From NCBI RefSeq assembly GCF_001194135.2, contig NC_068983.1, positions 13,453,149 through 13,517,148 of the forward strand: a stretch of 64,000 nucleotides of DNA, in the 5' to 3' direction. The notes beneath the pieces are model-generated. The model saw only the letters and a program-made list of their open reading frames with translations, had not been told where the DNA came from and ran no database searches. The position numbers and the translations under genes are program-made. This document shows, piece by piece, positions 23,451 through 37,300 of this stretch. The stretch comes from Octopus bimaculoides (taxonomy: Eukaryota). Numbering within the stretch: the stretch's first letter is position 1; every line of letters begins with the position of its first letter.

Positions 23451-25754
23451 TTAAAATCAATATATTTAAATAAAATAATGAATAGAGCAAAAATAGAAAC
23501 TATGCAAATTGAGCCAAAGGCAAAGATAAATAAATAAATAAATAAATACGATGTCGATCTTGGTGGATTCGAACTAAGATAGACAAATATGAATGCTATA
23601 ACTCATTGCTGCAGACAGTTCTGCAAGTAATCTAAAATGTCAGTTGGAATACATGAAAACACTACAACGTAAGACGAGATAAACTACTTCAACAAAAATA
23701 TCACTTTTATTTGAGTGTATAAGTATATGAGGCTGATAATCGCATGTGTGTGTACATGTGTCTTCATGCGTGCATGTGTGCATGTGTCTTCCTGTGTATA
23801 TAAGTAAAACATACACACACAAACGGAAGCAAAATGTTAGGAAAATTTATTGTCCGAACTATATATCATTCGAGCGAATAATTATAGGATTTCCATAAGC
23901 TACCGGAAGACTCCTATGTGTAAGAGTGTGTGCATGTAAGTTTCTACACATTTGGAGTTGTATTTATCTGATATATCACTATATACTCCAATGGATCATA
24001 CTGGCAAGACCAACGAAATTATTGCGTCTCTCGGGCATAGATTTATCTCACTGAAATATATGTACCTATAGGTACTTGTGTTCGTATTTCTATGCGCACA
24101 CATGCGTATTGATAAATTTATCTTTTATAAACCAAACCATTGAACCATAAGATTACTATGCTATTTTCCCAGGTCATTTTGCTCCCGCTATAAGCAGTAT
24201 TTTTCCAGCAATAATCTTTTACTTGTTCTCAAATATATTGCATCTTTTCTCTCCGTTCTATCAATTTCACAGTATCCTCACTCTCAACAGAAGATAATTC
24301 CTCAAAAATAGAATCCCCCGAATTCCTTTCCTTAAGAGATAAAAGATATTTTAAGACGTTTAGTTATAAAGGAAGAGAAAAAAAATCGCGCTTGCTTACT
24401 TCTTAAATGTGTATTTCATTCTCTGAAAGTTTCCAGATATCTAATTCTTCATCAGTTTTGAAGTGGAAGCAGATTTTCGAATCTCTATATTTCTTTACTT
24501 GTTCTTTGATTTTTATGAGTTTCTTCTTCACACACACGACGAAATGGCAGGCTCGTTAAAGTATCCGATAAAATACTTTGTGTTATTTGTACCGGTTACC
24601 AGCGCTCTGAGTTCAAATTTTGCAGAGCAAGGGTCAAATCTTCCTTTTCATCCTTTTGAGGTCGATAAACAAAAAACTGGTGTATCACATTGGACTAGAG
24701 TTATTGTTAGACCGTAGAACGAGATGCTTTATGATATTCGTTCTGGAAAACTGCGCTCTAAGTTCAAATCATGTTCACTGTCGCTGACCTAATCGTGGCA
24801 AAAAGGGAAACGTAGCTAGTGAAGGCAGTAGAGGGTCTGCGCTGGGCGATGTTTTTATGGCTGCTGCATGCCTGTATAGAAAGCGGGAATGGTAAACTCA
24901 AGGGCAGCCCCGAGTGGTCCACATTCCAGCACCGCCACGTGGAAGTGAGAACTCTGAGCCAAGTTAACGAGATTAGACCTCCAGTATCAGATAAAGCAAT
25001 TTATCGATTGAACCAATATCTCGTATGCTTCAAAGAAGAAATAAGAGAATTCTGTATTTCAGTGGTACAAAGTCTTGCTCAAAGAATTCAATTCATTTGA
25101 TATTTCAATAAGCTACCTTATTTAGAACTTTAGATGAAATCTAGATGTTCTATACTGCTTTCCAAAATAACAGGGGAAACTAGTTGCAATGATCGATATT
25201 GATTGACCTTTGTTCCTTGACAGGATTGCACACACTTTAGTTTAGCCACCTCTGCGTGGTCAAGCTGTTTCTAGAAGCAGGTACCTAGCTCCAAATACAC
25301 TTACCACCTCACTTCTCATGGATACACCACAAAAGAGTGACAAGATAACACGTTTGCAGTATTCATGGATCCGTAGGGGATCCCAGATATTAAATATAAT
25401 CGTACATATCTGCCTTAGAGCCCTCTACTCCCGATTTTCTGTCGGGATTTACTCCTTTAGCCTTTTTTTTAAAACACACAGTAAATTTCGCTCAAAGGAG
25501 GAGGGGTTTATTGTTATAGTGACTATAGTTTGCGTGAATTCAGTTTCATTCTCTCTTCCAGCAGACTTGTATTGGTCTGACACGAGCACCACGATCTCAA
25601 TGGTTATGAAGATGTAATATTTGTTTGGAGTTATCTTTTCTTAGATAAGCAGCTAAAGCGCTGAAGGGCCTCATCTGCCCAGTGCCTATTGAGGTGTCTG
25701 TGAGTAACCTTCCTGGGGCAATCCGTGACATGCTAAAACTTTCTTCTCTTTCTT

Positions 25755-26100
25755 CTCCATCGGTTACGACGACGAGGGTTCCAGTTGAGCCGATCAACGA
25801 AACAGCCAGCTCGTGAAATTAACGTGCAAGTGGCTGAGCACTCCACAGACACGTGTACCCTTAACGTAGTTCTCGGGGATATTTAGCGTGACACAGAGTG
25901 TAACAAGGCTGGCCCCTTTGAAATACAGGAACAACAGAAACAGGAAGAAACAGTGAGAGAAAGTTGTGGTGAAAGAGTACAGCAGGGTTCACCACCACCC
26001 ACTGTCGGAGCGTCATGGAGCTTCCCGGTCTGGGAATCGAAACCGCAATCCTACATCCGCGAGTCCGCTGCCCTAACCACTGGGCCATTTCGCCTTCACG
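25755..26100 (-). mobile_element. SINE B with internal deletion
   Basis: Same body and tail as the other B copies; lacks the aaacacctaaagctcc segment. Confidence 0.88.
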
Positions 26101-26929
26101 ACATGCTAAATAATTCATTGCAGGAACGCTGACTGGTGCTGCTACTCCGGATCAGAGTAACCCTGAGAACAATAATGGCTAAGTGATGGTTCCACACTCT
26201 AAAACCCTAGAACTCGTGGTCTAAGGACGTAGTACCGGATGTGGTTGAGTCATATCCACGAAATGATTGATATTACAGGAATAAAAATATCATTCGTGTT
26301 CATGTTTATAATTGCTTTTATCGGAAAAAAATATCAAGATGTATGTATGTATGTATGTATGTATGTATGTATGTATGTATGTATGTATGTATGTATGTAT
26401 GTATGTATATGGTCGTGCAACTTTGGTGTTCTTATGGGTATGCATAAATACTTGAATGTCTATGTTTAGGTTTATTGTGCTGATAATAACAGGATGTTTT
26501 TCATAACATTTAGCGTGAAATCGTTCGATACACAATTAAATGAAAGATCTTATTTATTATTCTTCTTCTGCCCGTTTACAACCTGTGCTGAAGGTGTAGT
26601 ATGTGTCTATGTGTGTGCGGCTTTGTGTTTCTGTTTGTCCTCCCTTTCACTGCTTGATGACCGGTGTTGTGTTTAGGTCCCCGTAACATAGCAGGTCGGG
26701 TAAAGAGCCGATAGTATAAATACTAGGCTTAAAACAAATAAGACCTGGGCTCGATTTGATGGACTAAAAACCTCCAGCATGGCCTTAATCGAAGGACTGA
26801 AGTAAGTAAAAGAATAACAGAACATATGTGTGTGTGGGTGTGTGTGTATGTGTGTGTGTGTGTGTGTGAGGATCAAAAACCATCTGTAGCTATACGCTTA
26901 TAGGTTTCTTGAATTCTGTGGTGTTTATA

Positions 26930-27098
26930 CCCCCATCCACTGGACGGGATGCCGGTCACTCTTAAGATTACTTTTGCCATGTGAGTATACTAGAGCAACG
27001 GGAAATGAAACGTTTTGCTCAAGAGGGTAACGAATTGCTCGGTCCAGGAATAGAATCCATAAACTTACGATCGTTTGCGCAAACGTAACCACTAGGCC
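26930..27098 (-). mobile_element. SINE family D, degenerate
   Basis: Similar to the copy at 33433-33673. Confidence 0.65.
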
Positions 27099-27205
27099 AA
27101 AGTGTGTGTGTGTGTGTGTTTCAATATGTATATATATGGTATATATGTATTCATATGCACACATGTACATACATTCACATATGCTTGCATGCGAGTGTGT
27201 ATGTA

Positions 27206-27250
<45 letters not shown>

Positions 27251-28248
27251 NNNNNNNNNNNNNNNNNNNNNNNNNNNNNNNNNNNNNNNNNNNNNNNNNN
27301 NNNNNNNNNNNNNNNNNNNNNNNNNNNNNNNNNNNNNNNNNNNNNNNNNNNNNNNNNNNNNNNNNNNNNNNNNNNNNNNNNNNNNNNNNNNNNNNNNNNN
27401 NNNNNNNNNNNNNNNNNNNNNNNNNNNNNNNNNNNNNNNNNNNNNNNNNNNNNNNNNNNNNNNNNNNNNNNNNNNNNNNNNNNNNNNNNNNNNNNNNNNN
27501 NNNNNNNNNNNNNNNNNNNNNNNNNNNNNNNNNNNNNNNNNNNNNNNNNNNNNNNNNNNNNNNNNNNNNNNNNNNNNNNNNNNNNNNNNNNNNNNNNNNN
27601 NNNNNNNNNNNNNNNNNNNNNNNNNNNNNNNNNNNNNNNNNNNNNNNNNNNNNNNNNNNNNNNNNNNNNNNNNNNNNNNNNNNNNNNNNNNNNNNNNNNN
27701 NNNNNNNNNNNNNNNNNNNNNNNNNNNNNNNNNNNNNNNNNNNNNNNNNNNNNNNNNNNNNNNNNNNNNNNNNNNNNNNNNNNNNNNNNNNNNNNNNNNN
27801 NNNNNNNNNNNNNNNNNNNNNNNNNNNNNNNNNNNNNNNNNNNNNNNNNNNNNNNNNNNNNNNNNNNNNNNNNNNNNNNNNNNNNNNNNNNNNNNNNNNN
27901 NNNNNNNNNNNNNNNNNNNNNNNNNNNNNNNNNNNNNNNNNNNNNNNNNNNNNNNNNNNNNNNNNNNNNNNNNNNNNNNNNNNNNNNNNNNNNNNNNNNN
28001 NNNNNNNNNNNNNNNNNNNNNNNNNNNNNNNNNNNNNNNNNNNNNNNNNNNNNNNNNNNNNNNNNNNNNNNNNNNNNNNNNNNNNNNNNNNNNNNNNNNN
28101 NNNNNNNNNNNNNNNNNNNNNNNNNNNNNNNNNNNNNNNNNNNNNNNNNNNNNNNNNNNNNNNNNNNNNNNNNNNNNNNNNNNNNNNNNNNNNNNNNNNN
28201 NNNNNNNNNNNNNNNNNNNNNNNNNNNNNNNNNNNNNNNNNNNNNNNN

Positions 28249-28307
<59 letters not shown>

Positions 28308-28348
28308 ATATACGTATTTATGTATGAATGTATGTAAATATGTACACC

Positions 28349-28381
<33 letters not shown>

Positions 28382-28585
28382 GTATATATATGAAGTATAT
28401 ATGTGCATATACTCATATGTGTGTGTGTGTGTGTGTGTTTTATCTTTGCATGGCTTCTTGCACATTTATATATTTATTTTATATTTTTTTTATTTAGTAA
28501 TGTAAAGCGAAGAACGCTAAAATAATGCCAAAGGTTAATAGCGAAAATCAGAAAGTGTAAGAGAGAAAAAGAAAGAGACAGAAAG

Positions 28586-28642
<57 letters not shown>

Positions 28643-29623
28643 NNNNNNNNNNNNNNNNNNNNNNNNNNNNNNNNNNNNNNNNNNNNNNNNNNNNNNNNNN
28701 NNNNNNNNNNNNNNNNNNNNNNNNNNNNNNNNNNNNNNNNNNNNNNNNNNNNNNNNNNNNNNNNNNNNNNNNNNNNNNNNNNNNNNNNNNNNNNNNNNNN
28801 NNNNNNNNNNNNNNNNNNNNNNNNNNNNNNNNNNNNNNNNNNNNNNNNNNNNNNNNNNNNNNNNNNNNNNNNNNNNNNNNNNNNNNNNNNNNNNNNNNNN
28901 NNNNNNNNNNNNNNNNNNNNNNNNNNNNNNNNNNNNNNNNNNNNNNNNNNNNNNNNNNNNNNNNNNNNNNNNNNNNNNNNNNNNNNNNNNNNNNNNNNNN
29001 NNNNNNNNNNNNNNNNNNNNNNNNNNNNNNNNNNNNNNNNNNNNNNNNNNNNNNNNNNNNNNNNNNNNNNNNNNNNNNNNNNNNNNNNNNNNNNNNNNNN
29101 NNNNNNNNNNNNNNNNNNNNNNNNNNNNNNNNNNNNNNNNNNNNNNNNNNNNNNNNNNNNNNNNNNNNNNNNNNNNNNNNNNNNNNNNNNNNNNNNNNNN
29201 NNNNNNNNNNNNNNNNNNNNNNNNNNNNNNNNNNNNNNNNNNNNNNNNNNNNNNNNNNNNNNNNNNNNNNNNNNNNNNNNNNNNNNNNNNNNNNNNNNNN
29301 NNNNNNNNNNNNNNNNNNNNNNNNNNNNNNNNNNNNNNNNNNNNNNNNNNNNNNNNNNNNNNNNNNNNNNNNNNNNNNNNNNNNNNNNNNNNNNNNNNNN
29401 NNNNNNNNNNNNNNNNNNNNNNNNNNNNNNNNNNNNNNNNNNNNNNNNNNNNNNNNNNNNNNNNNNNNNNNNNNNNNNNNNNNNNNNNNNNNNNNNNNNN
29501 NNNNNNNNNNNNNNNNNNNNNNNNNNNNNNNNNNNNNNNNNNNNNNNNNNNNNNNNNNNNNNNNNNNNNNNNNNNNNNNNNNNNNNNNNNNNNNNNNNNN
29601 NNNNNNNNNNNNNNNNNNNNNNN

Positions 29624-29978
29624 CGCGGTCGTAGGATCGCGGTTTCTATTCCCAGACCGGGCGTTGTGAGTGTTTATTGAGCGAAAACACCTAAAGCTCC
29701 ATGAGACTCCAGCAGGGGGATGGTGGCAAACCCTGCTGTACTCATCCACCACAACTTCCTCTCACTCTTTCTTCCTCTTCCTGTTTCTGTTGTGCCTGTA
29801 TTTCAAAGAGCCAGCCTTGTCACACTCTCTGTCACGCTGAATCTCCCTGAGAACTACGTTAAGGGTACACGTGTCTGTGGAATTCTCAGCCACTTGCACG
29901 TAAATTTCACGAGCAGGCTGTTCCGTTGATCGGATCAACTGGAACCCTCGTCGTCGTAACCGACGGAGTGCCAACAAC
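29624..29978 (+). mobile_element. SINE B (5' end in gap)
   Basis: Matches the family B body and caacaac tail. Confidence 0.9.
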
Positions 29979-30246
29979 TTTCAAGACGGTAATGTGTGTT
30001 TTGTGGGAGATTTGACTGCTATATCTTGTCGGTCGAACGAACGTTACTACACTGGATCTTACCCTTTACTTTTACTGATTAATCTGTTTGCGTATGTCTT
30101 TTGTTTTTCCTTTTTTTTCCCCTTTTTTTTTGTCATTGTTGTTTTTGCTGTTGTTTTTGTTTTCGCCGACACTAACATGTTTTCACCGTTACTTTGAATT
30201 TTCGTGAGAGTTCACTCCTAAATCAGCTCTGAACAAGTAGAGCTAT

Positions 30247-30637
30247 CTCTTTTACTTGTTTCAGTCATTTTACTGTGGCCATGCTGGAGCACCGCATTTA
30301 GTCGAGTAAGTCGACCCCCAGGACTTATTCTTTGTAAGCCTAGTACTTATTCTATCGGTCACTTTTGCCGAACCGCTAAGTTACAGGGACGTAAATATAC
30401 CAGCATCGGTTGTCAAGCAATGTTGGGGGGACAGACCCAGACACAAATATATACACACATATACATATATACGACGGGCTTCTTTCAGTTTCCGTCTACG
30501 AAATCCACTCACAAGGCTTTGGTCGGCCCGAGGCTATAGTAGAAGACACTTGCCCAAGATGCTACGCAGTGGGACTGAACCCGGAACCATGTGGTTGGTA
30601 AACAAAAGCTACTTACCACACAGCCACTCCTACGCCT
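30247..30637 (-). mobile_element. SINE C, full length
   Basis: Head, internal (TA/TG) tract and 3' tail all present. Confidence 0.9.
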
Positions 30638-31312
30638 ATGATCAAAAATTCCTCGGCCATGACTTGTTGTGTCCGTCCCTCTTTTTTAAAACTAAAAAAG
30701 CATGTAGTCTTAAGGAGATTAAGCTAATTGGTTGCTATTTTTAGCAGCTCAGTTTACTACATACAGACTTATCGTATTGACTCGTTACATTACATAAACA
30801 TAGACACGTAATGCCCTAATTTTAACTAAACTTCCTGCTTTCTTTCCAGGTGTGTGTCAGGATCAGATTTAGAATATCATTGAAAATTTCAACACAGAAA
30901 CAAATAATAAAACAACATAGAAAAAATTTGGACTAAAAAAAGAAGAAAAAAGCAGCAGTTGTTCCCGGAATATTCAGTTTAAAATGTTTTAAATGTCAAA
31001 GCAAATTGTAACTCCTCTCTTCCTGCAAAGCATAAATCTGAAATATAATATAAGCATCTGTCATTTTAATGTAAATTTGAGATTGCTTACGTAATGGCGG
31101 TGTTTCTCCTGTATATTCCTCTCAAGGGTACAATAAACCTTGATTTTACTTGCTTGATGAGTGTCTGAGTAAGGCCATAAAGAAATTTATTATCGATTAA
31201 GATCAACAAAAATCTATAGAGCATATCAATAGAAACACAGGTGTACTTATAGTGTGCATGATGGATTAACGGAGAATCTTGCATCTCTCGATATAAAAAC
31301 ATTTCTCATGGC

Positions 31313-31760
31313 ACTAGCAGACAAAATGGTAAAAGCGTTGCCTTGGAGGATAATGAGGGAGTTGCACTGAAACAGCCACTCTGCCTCACGGGGGTCCTAC
31401 TTGTGGACAGCAGTCTCCACTCCCCCCCCCCAATAGCGGTGAACAGTGATATGGTCCGGGGGCAAGAATGCCAGAGGTCTTAACTGCCACAAGCTCAACT
31501 ATAAACCTACCGGAGAGCGACCGGTACCTCAATTTACTTTTCTCAGCTTCACGGGCACCAGAGCCTGGGCCGATGAATTCAGGATCAGTCTGTGTCAACT
31601 GGATCCAGAATGCGGCTAATGAACAAATCTATGAAAAACCCCCGTCTTCTCGGTCGCCTTCTATGTAAAATCGAGAGCCTACATGTCTACAACATTCGGA
31701 ATTACTCGTCAACTAAGCCATCATCTGGGAACCGACCCATGGGATGAAAATCTGTGGGTA
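31313..31760 (-). mobile_element. Second CRE-like RLE 3' fragment
   Basis: ORF 31386..31598 (GSGAREAEKSKLRYRSLSGRFIVELVAVKTSGIL). Nucleotide similarity to 9945-10200 (cagcagacaaaatgg..aa.gcgttg; gatatggtccg...agaatgcc). Confidence 0.7.
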
Positions 31761-31899
31761 TCGGCCTCTAAAGTTGTAGCAAATAATTCTAATGGATCAT
31801 AGTCATGCAGAGACTCCTAACGGATTTCGGAACATTTATGATGAAGCAGGCTATGTGGAATGCCTGTCAGGGTAACAGAACGTAAGTCGCAAGCCGTGG

Positions 31900-32142
31900 T
31901 CGATTGATGATGATGATGGTGGTGGTGGTGGTTGTGGTGGTGGTGGTGATGGTGGTGATGGTGATGATGATGATGGTGGTGATGATGATGGTGGTGATGA
32001 TGGTGATGGTGATGATGATGGTGATGATGATGAGGAGGGGGAGGAGGGGTGGACGAGAACGATGATGATGATGATAACAATGGTTGTGGCGGTGACGGCG
32101 ATGATGGTGACACTGGTGGTGCTGGTGAAGGAGCCGGTGGTG
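31900..32142. repeat. (GAT/GGT)n trinucleotide low-complexity tract
   Basis: Direct reading; abuts an N gap. Confidence 0.9.
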
Positions 32143-33432
32143 NNNNNNNNNNNNNNNNNNNNNNNNNNNNNNNNNNNNNNNNNNNNNNNNNNNNNNNNNN
32201 NNNNNNNNNNNNNNNNNNNNNNNNNNNNNNNNNNNNNNNNNNNNNNNNNNNNNNNNNNNNNNNNNNNNNNNNNNNNNNNNNNNNNNNNNNNNNNNNNNNN
32301 NNNNNNNNNNNNNNNNNNNNNNNNNNNNNNNNNNNNNNNNNNNNNNNNNNNNNNNNNNNNNNTATGTATTGTGTACTTTTTCCATCGTTCATTATCAGAC
32401 ACACACACACGTACGAACACACAACCCCGAGATTCTCATTTTCTGTTCTCTTCTTCACGTGTGCGTATGCATTTATGTATGCATGCCTGTATGTATGTAT
32501 AAATGTATGTATGTATGCATGTATATATATGTATAACGTATGTCTCACGTATGCATGTAAGCGCATGTATGTGGAGTGTGAATCAGTGAAATAGAAGAAG
32601 CGCTAAAAAATTATTACAGTATTTTTGTGGTGTATATACATGTAGGTGCATGCTTGTATATGTGTGTGTTTTGTGTGAATGTGGGCTGTTGCTGTTGGTG
32701 TGTGCGTGAGCGTAGAAGCAGCGTATGCGTAAGAGAGTTTGGTGTGTGCGCATGCGTAATGCATGGAACAACAAAAGATAGTTTTACCGAATTTCACCAA
32801 CATGTGGTTTACATTAGAAACGACCTTTTTTCACTTAATATTCTTTTATTATTTTTTTTTCTAGATTGCCTCAGTTATTAATATTGTTATTGTTGTAGTA
32901 ATTATAGTCTTTTTTGTTGTTGTTGTTGTTGTCTTTGTTATTCTTAACTGTCTTGAATGCATGCGTTTTAACCCAGTTCTACTTAGAAGGTGTTTTCTTC
33001 CAGGATTACTTCATGAAAAAAAGAAAGACATTTTTTTCTTCTTTGTCTTGGTGCTTTTACCAACAGAATGTTTCAGAATATATAAAAGTTTACTTCCATT
33101 ACTCTGGTGTAAATAAGAATATTCGGCTGTACACATTTTTTTTTTCTATTGTATACACATATTTCAGCAAATAACCGTTTTACTTCAATTAATAGTGGTT
33201 CAATATGCCCGCTTCTGTAGTGCTGGAAGTAGATATTTGTCACGAAGACGAAGATAGTGAATACATCCCCCATACAAATATCTTTACAAATAACCGTTTT
33301 GCTTCGATTATTAGTTGGTTCATAGGTCTAAGACTGTGAAAGTAGGTAGAATTAGATGTTAGATTTAACGGCTGGATTTAACGGTTTTCAAAAGACAATA
33401 GACAGTAAAATAATAATAAAATAAATGCGCCC

Positions 33433-33673
33433 TTTTAAAGCCTAGCTAGGCTCATGGGCCCGGTTTCCCGGTTTCAATGGCGTATGTGTTCCCCGGCTGG
33501 ACGGGACGCCAGTCCATCGCAGCGTTACTCATTTTTGCCAGCTGAGTGGACTGGAGCAACGCGAAATGAAGGGTTTTGCTCAAGAACACAACGCATCGCC
33601 CGGTCTAGGAATCGAAACCACAATCTTACGACCATGGTGCTGTCTCACTAACAACTAAGCCACGCGCCTTCAC
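33433..33673 (-). mobile_element. SINE family D (tRNA head plus V-SINE-like central domain)
   Basis: The minus strand contains gcgatggactggcgtcccgtccagc and a gaaaccggg...gcccatgagcc tail, reminiscent of V-SINE domains (from recall, not searched). Confidence 0.75.
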
Positions 33674-33779
33674 AGACACTAAAATAGACAGCAGAAATAG
33701 ACAGTAAAACAAATGAGAATTAAAACACGAATTTAAATGAAAATGGATAAGGAGTCGAGAGAATTTGTATGAGTATAAA

Positions 33780-34120
33780 AGGCGGAGCGCTGGCAGAAAC
33801 GTTAGCGCGCCGAGCAAAATGCTTAGTCATTTTGTCTGTCATTACGTTCTGAGTTCAAATTCCGACGAAGTCAACTATGTGTTTTAAGGCGGCGAGCTGG
33901 CAGAAACGTTAGCACGCCGGGCGAAATGCTTAGCGGTATTTCGTCTGCCGCTACGTTCTGAGTTCAAACTTCGCCGAGGTCGACTTTGCCTTTCATCCTT
34001 TCGGGGTCGATAAATTAAGTACCAGTTACGCACTGGGGTCGATCTAATCGACTTAATCCGTCTGTCTGTCCTTGTTTATACCCTCTATGTTTAGCTCCTT
34101 GTGGGCAATAAATAAATAAG
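33780..34120 (+). mobile_element. SINE A: partial head followed by a full copy (tail type 1)
   Basis: Head duplicated at 33780 and 33888. Confidence 0.88.
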
Positions 34121-34429
34121 AATTGTATGAGTATGAGGCAAAGTCATGGCAAAATATGACAGTGTAGAAATACCTTTGAGATTTCATAATCCAATATGAT
34201 CGTGAATTCAAACATCAGGAACCCGATGTTTTGCATCCAAGGCAAAACAATTGTACTTGATGATAAACATCGCTTGTCCTGGATATAAATGACGAGATTA
34301 TCTTTGATGAGATAATTCAAAACGCTATGGCTAATGAAAAAAGTGTATGGGGGGATTAATGGTGTTCATAATGTTTTTTCAATCTACGGAGAAATAGTTA
34401 GATTGATGCACCTTATAAATCTGTTACAT

Positions 34430-34665
34430 AGATAACACAGACTCTATCATATTTTGATACTGTTCGGACCGAGATCTCTGTTGACAGGACCCGGTTACAG
34501 AATAGTGTTAACACTTGCAGTATGCAAATTAGTTTTTTCTGGCTACTATAATTGTTGAGTATATAAACAGATTGGCTGCTTATGTCTCTGCAATTAGTCA
34601 TATTGATGTAGACGACTCTGATGAGAGTTCAATAAGGTTCGAAAATTGATTCACGCTGTTCGTCA
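34430..34665 (+). ncRNA. Type I hammerhead-like motif with intact core in a pLTR-like segment
   Basis: CTGATGA 34618-34624, stem II gagtt/ggttc, GAAA 34641-34644, attgat-TC, distal gacga/tcgtc pairing. TATATAAA about 55 nt upstream. Confidence 0.45.
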
Positions 34666-34754
34666 TTTATTTCAATCGACGAATAAATAGCTAAATTATC
34701 CTACTATATAGACTACATATGACTCCCTTACTTATTTATATTTGTATCGTCGTT

Positions 34755-35112
34755 GCTCCAGCCCACATCTCAGTGGTTGCCATGGCAACAATTCGTGATT
34801 GTGGATACGAACTTGTTCCACATCCGCCTTATTCACCAGACTTAGCCCCCTCTGACATTCATCTATTCCCAAAAATGAAAAAAGCCCTGGCTGGTCGTCA
34901 TTTTGCCAGTGATAATGACGTCATAGACGCTGTAGGAATTTTCTTGGAGTCCCAAAGAAAAGAGTTCCTCTCCGCCGGGATAATGGCGCTTCAGCACCAC
35001 TGGAGAAAGCATTCAGCCATCGGGGGGGGACTATGTTGAAAAATAAATCATCAGAAGTCTTGTACCATGTTTTGTTTTTTTGAGGCTCAAGACTTTTCAT
35101 ACACCCCTCGTA
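34755..35112 (+). mobile_element. Mariner 3' remnant with TIR
   Basis: ORF 34719..35039 contains HPPYSPDLAPSDIHLFPKMKKALAGRHF (third D of DD34D). TIR gacttttcatacacccctcg-TA ends at 35112. Confidence 0.92.
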
Positions 35113-35238
35113 TTTCTATTGGTAATTTTACTCTTAGCTAATATTTCCAGATACTATGGAATAGTATCAATCCATATTATGCTGAAATCATTTTCTCTCA
35201 TCTTGCAGTTTTCGGTTATAACCAAATAATCCTTTATT

Positions 35239-35630
35239 GTGGAGGCGCAATGGCCCAGTGGTTAGGGCAGCGAACTCGCGGTCATAGTATCGCGGTTTCG
35301 ATTCCCAGACCGGGCGTTGTGAATGTTTATTGAGCGAAAACACCTAAAAAAGTTCCACGAGGCTCCGGCAGGGGATGGTGGCGAACCCTGCTGTACTCTT
35401 TCACCACAACTTTCTCTCATTCTTTCTTCCTCTTTCTGTTGTACATGTATTTCGAAAGGTCAGCCTTGTCACACTCTGTGTCACGCTGAATCTCCCCGAG
35501 AACTACGTTAAGGGTACACGTGTCTGTGGAGTGCTCAGCCACTTGCACGTTAATTTCACGAGCAGGCTGTTCCGTTGATCGTATCAACTGGAACCCTCGA
35601 CGTCGTAAACGACGGAGTGCCAACAACAAT
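35239..35630 (+). mobile_element. SINE B, full length
   Basis: Imperfect TSD aatcctttatt / aatctttatt. Confidence 0.92.
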
Positions 35631-36392
35631 CTTTATTGCATGTTTCTGTTCTTCTGGAAGAACTTTTTTTATTTGTTATTTCTTCATCTGTTTATTTACT
35701 TCCTGTGACGTTGGTTATGCACTCGGTGATTTTTTAGACTAACGGAAGGACAAGTTGTGAGTCTATAGATCATATGGTTTACTGCTTCTGTAGAATTACG
35801 GATTAAGATAGGTTTATTTTTCCTCCTCCAGTACGTCAGTGAGTCTCCGGCTAGCTCTTTGTCACGTGTTGTCTATACTAGCGCCTAATGTGCACCTCTC
35901 AAAGTTCGGAATTTATTGACTTCCGTTATATTTTTACTAAGTTCTGTTTATTGTGACGGACTGATTATTTGTTCAAAGGATCGTTCTCGTTTTTGCAGAC
36001 AGATTTTTTCTATTTAGTAAGAATCTCTTGTTTCAGTTGTTCTTTGATTTTGGATAAGTTTTTCCTTTTCTCTTATACTTCTGTGATATGTTTACTTTTA
36101 CTTTTTCCAGTGGTATCGTTTCGGTATTGATTCCATTAAAGATTGATATTCTTTTCTCATTTTCTCTCTTCTCTTTATGTCTCTTTCTAATGTTCTTTTG
36201 CTAGAGTTTTGACATTCGTTTATGAGTAGATCTGAGAAAGAAAGTACCCATTTTCTTTTGTAAATGCAGTGGGTACTATAACACACACACACACATATAT
36301 ATATATAGATATACATGCATATGTACCTATATGTATATATATATATACGTGTGTGTGTGTGTGTATGAATATGTGCATATATGTATATGTGC

Positions 36393-36445
<53 letters not shown>

Positions 36446-36610
36446 CATGTATGTATGTATGTACTTATGTATATGCGTGTATGTATATGTACGTGTGTGT
36501 GTGAGTGTGTATATATATATATAGTGTGTGTGTAATTTCATTTTACACGAGTGATATCGGTGTATGTATATGTATGTGTATATGTATGCATATGTGTTTG
36601 TGTGTGCTTA

Positions 36611-36686
<76 letters not shown>

Positions 36687-37179
36687 ATATATGTATAATT
36701 CTATTGTACCCGAGTGATATTGATGTTTGTATGCTTATGTCTACATTAATTAAGACAATGATGGCCAGTTTGGCGTTTCTTATGGTTTGTGCTAGTTTAT
36801 CCCTTACTTTCATCTTAAAGAAGAACTCTCCTTGCTCCGCAAGATGGTCGTATTTCTAGAATTAATTTCACCTTTAGATTGCAATATCCATCATCACCAC
36901 CTACGAGATTTTTCTCTTCTTACATTTTCTTCTTATTTCTTTAGATTTATCATTCTGTTATTCTGGTTCGGTTTATGTGGTTCGATGGTTGTCCGTGGTT
37001 GTCGTACGATATTGGCATTGTTGCCTTTAGTTTACAGGGGTTTTTTTCTCTATTATTTCGGTTCATACTTTATTCGTTTTTTCCCCTTTTGTGTTTTATA
37101 TTTTCAATTATTTTTATTTTTGTTAATTCCTGTTGGTTACTCGTATTTTCATGATGTATTCCTTCTTTAAAATGTCTCC

Positions 37180-37233
<54 letters not shown>

Positions 37234-37246
37234 CTTTATTTCGGTG

Positions 37247-37300
<54 letters not shown>

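Noticed and set aside
25561-25612. DLYWSD peptide resembling a YWTD repeat
   Set aside because: Single short match with no neighbouring repeats or supporting exons.
31817-32566. Poly-His/Pro ORF resembling a metal-binding protein
   Set aside because: Trinucleotide low-complexity tract next to a gap; all frames give homopolymers, and no splice or start support was seen.
33004-33117. Hydrophobic frame KKDIFFFFVLVLLPTECF after a cag acceptor
   Set aside because: The nearby ATG is out of frame by one base, the frame ends in a stop without a clear donor, and T-rich sequence explains the hydrophobicity.
35650-37130. Purine-rich minus-strand stretches resembling R4-like or Penelope N-terminal remnants
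   Set aside because: No diagnostic motif could be read with confidence.
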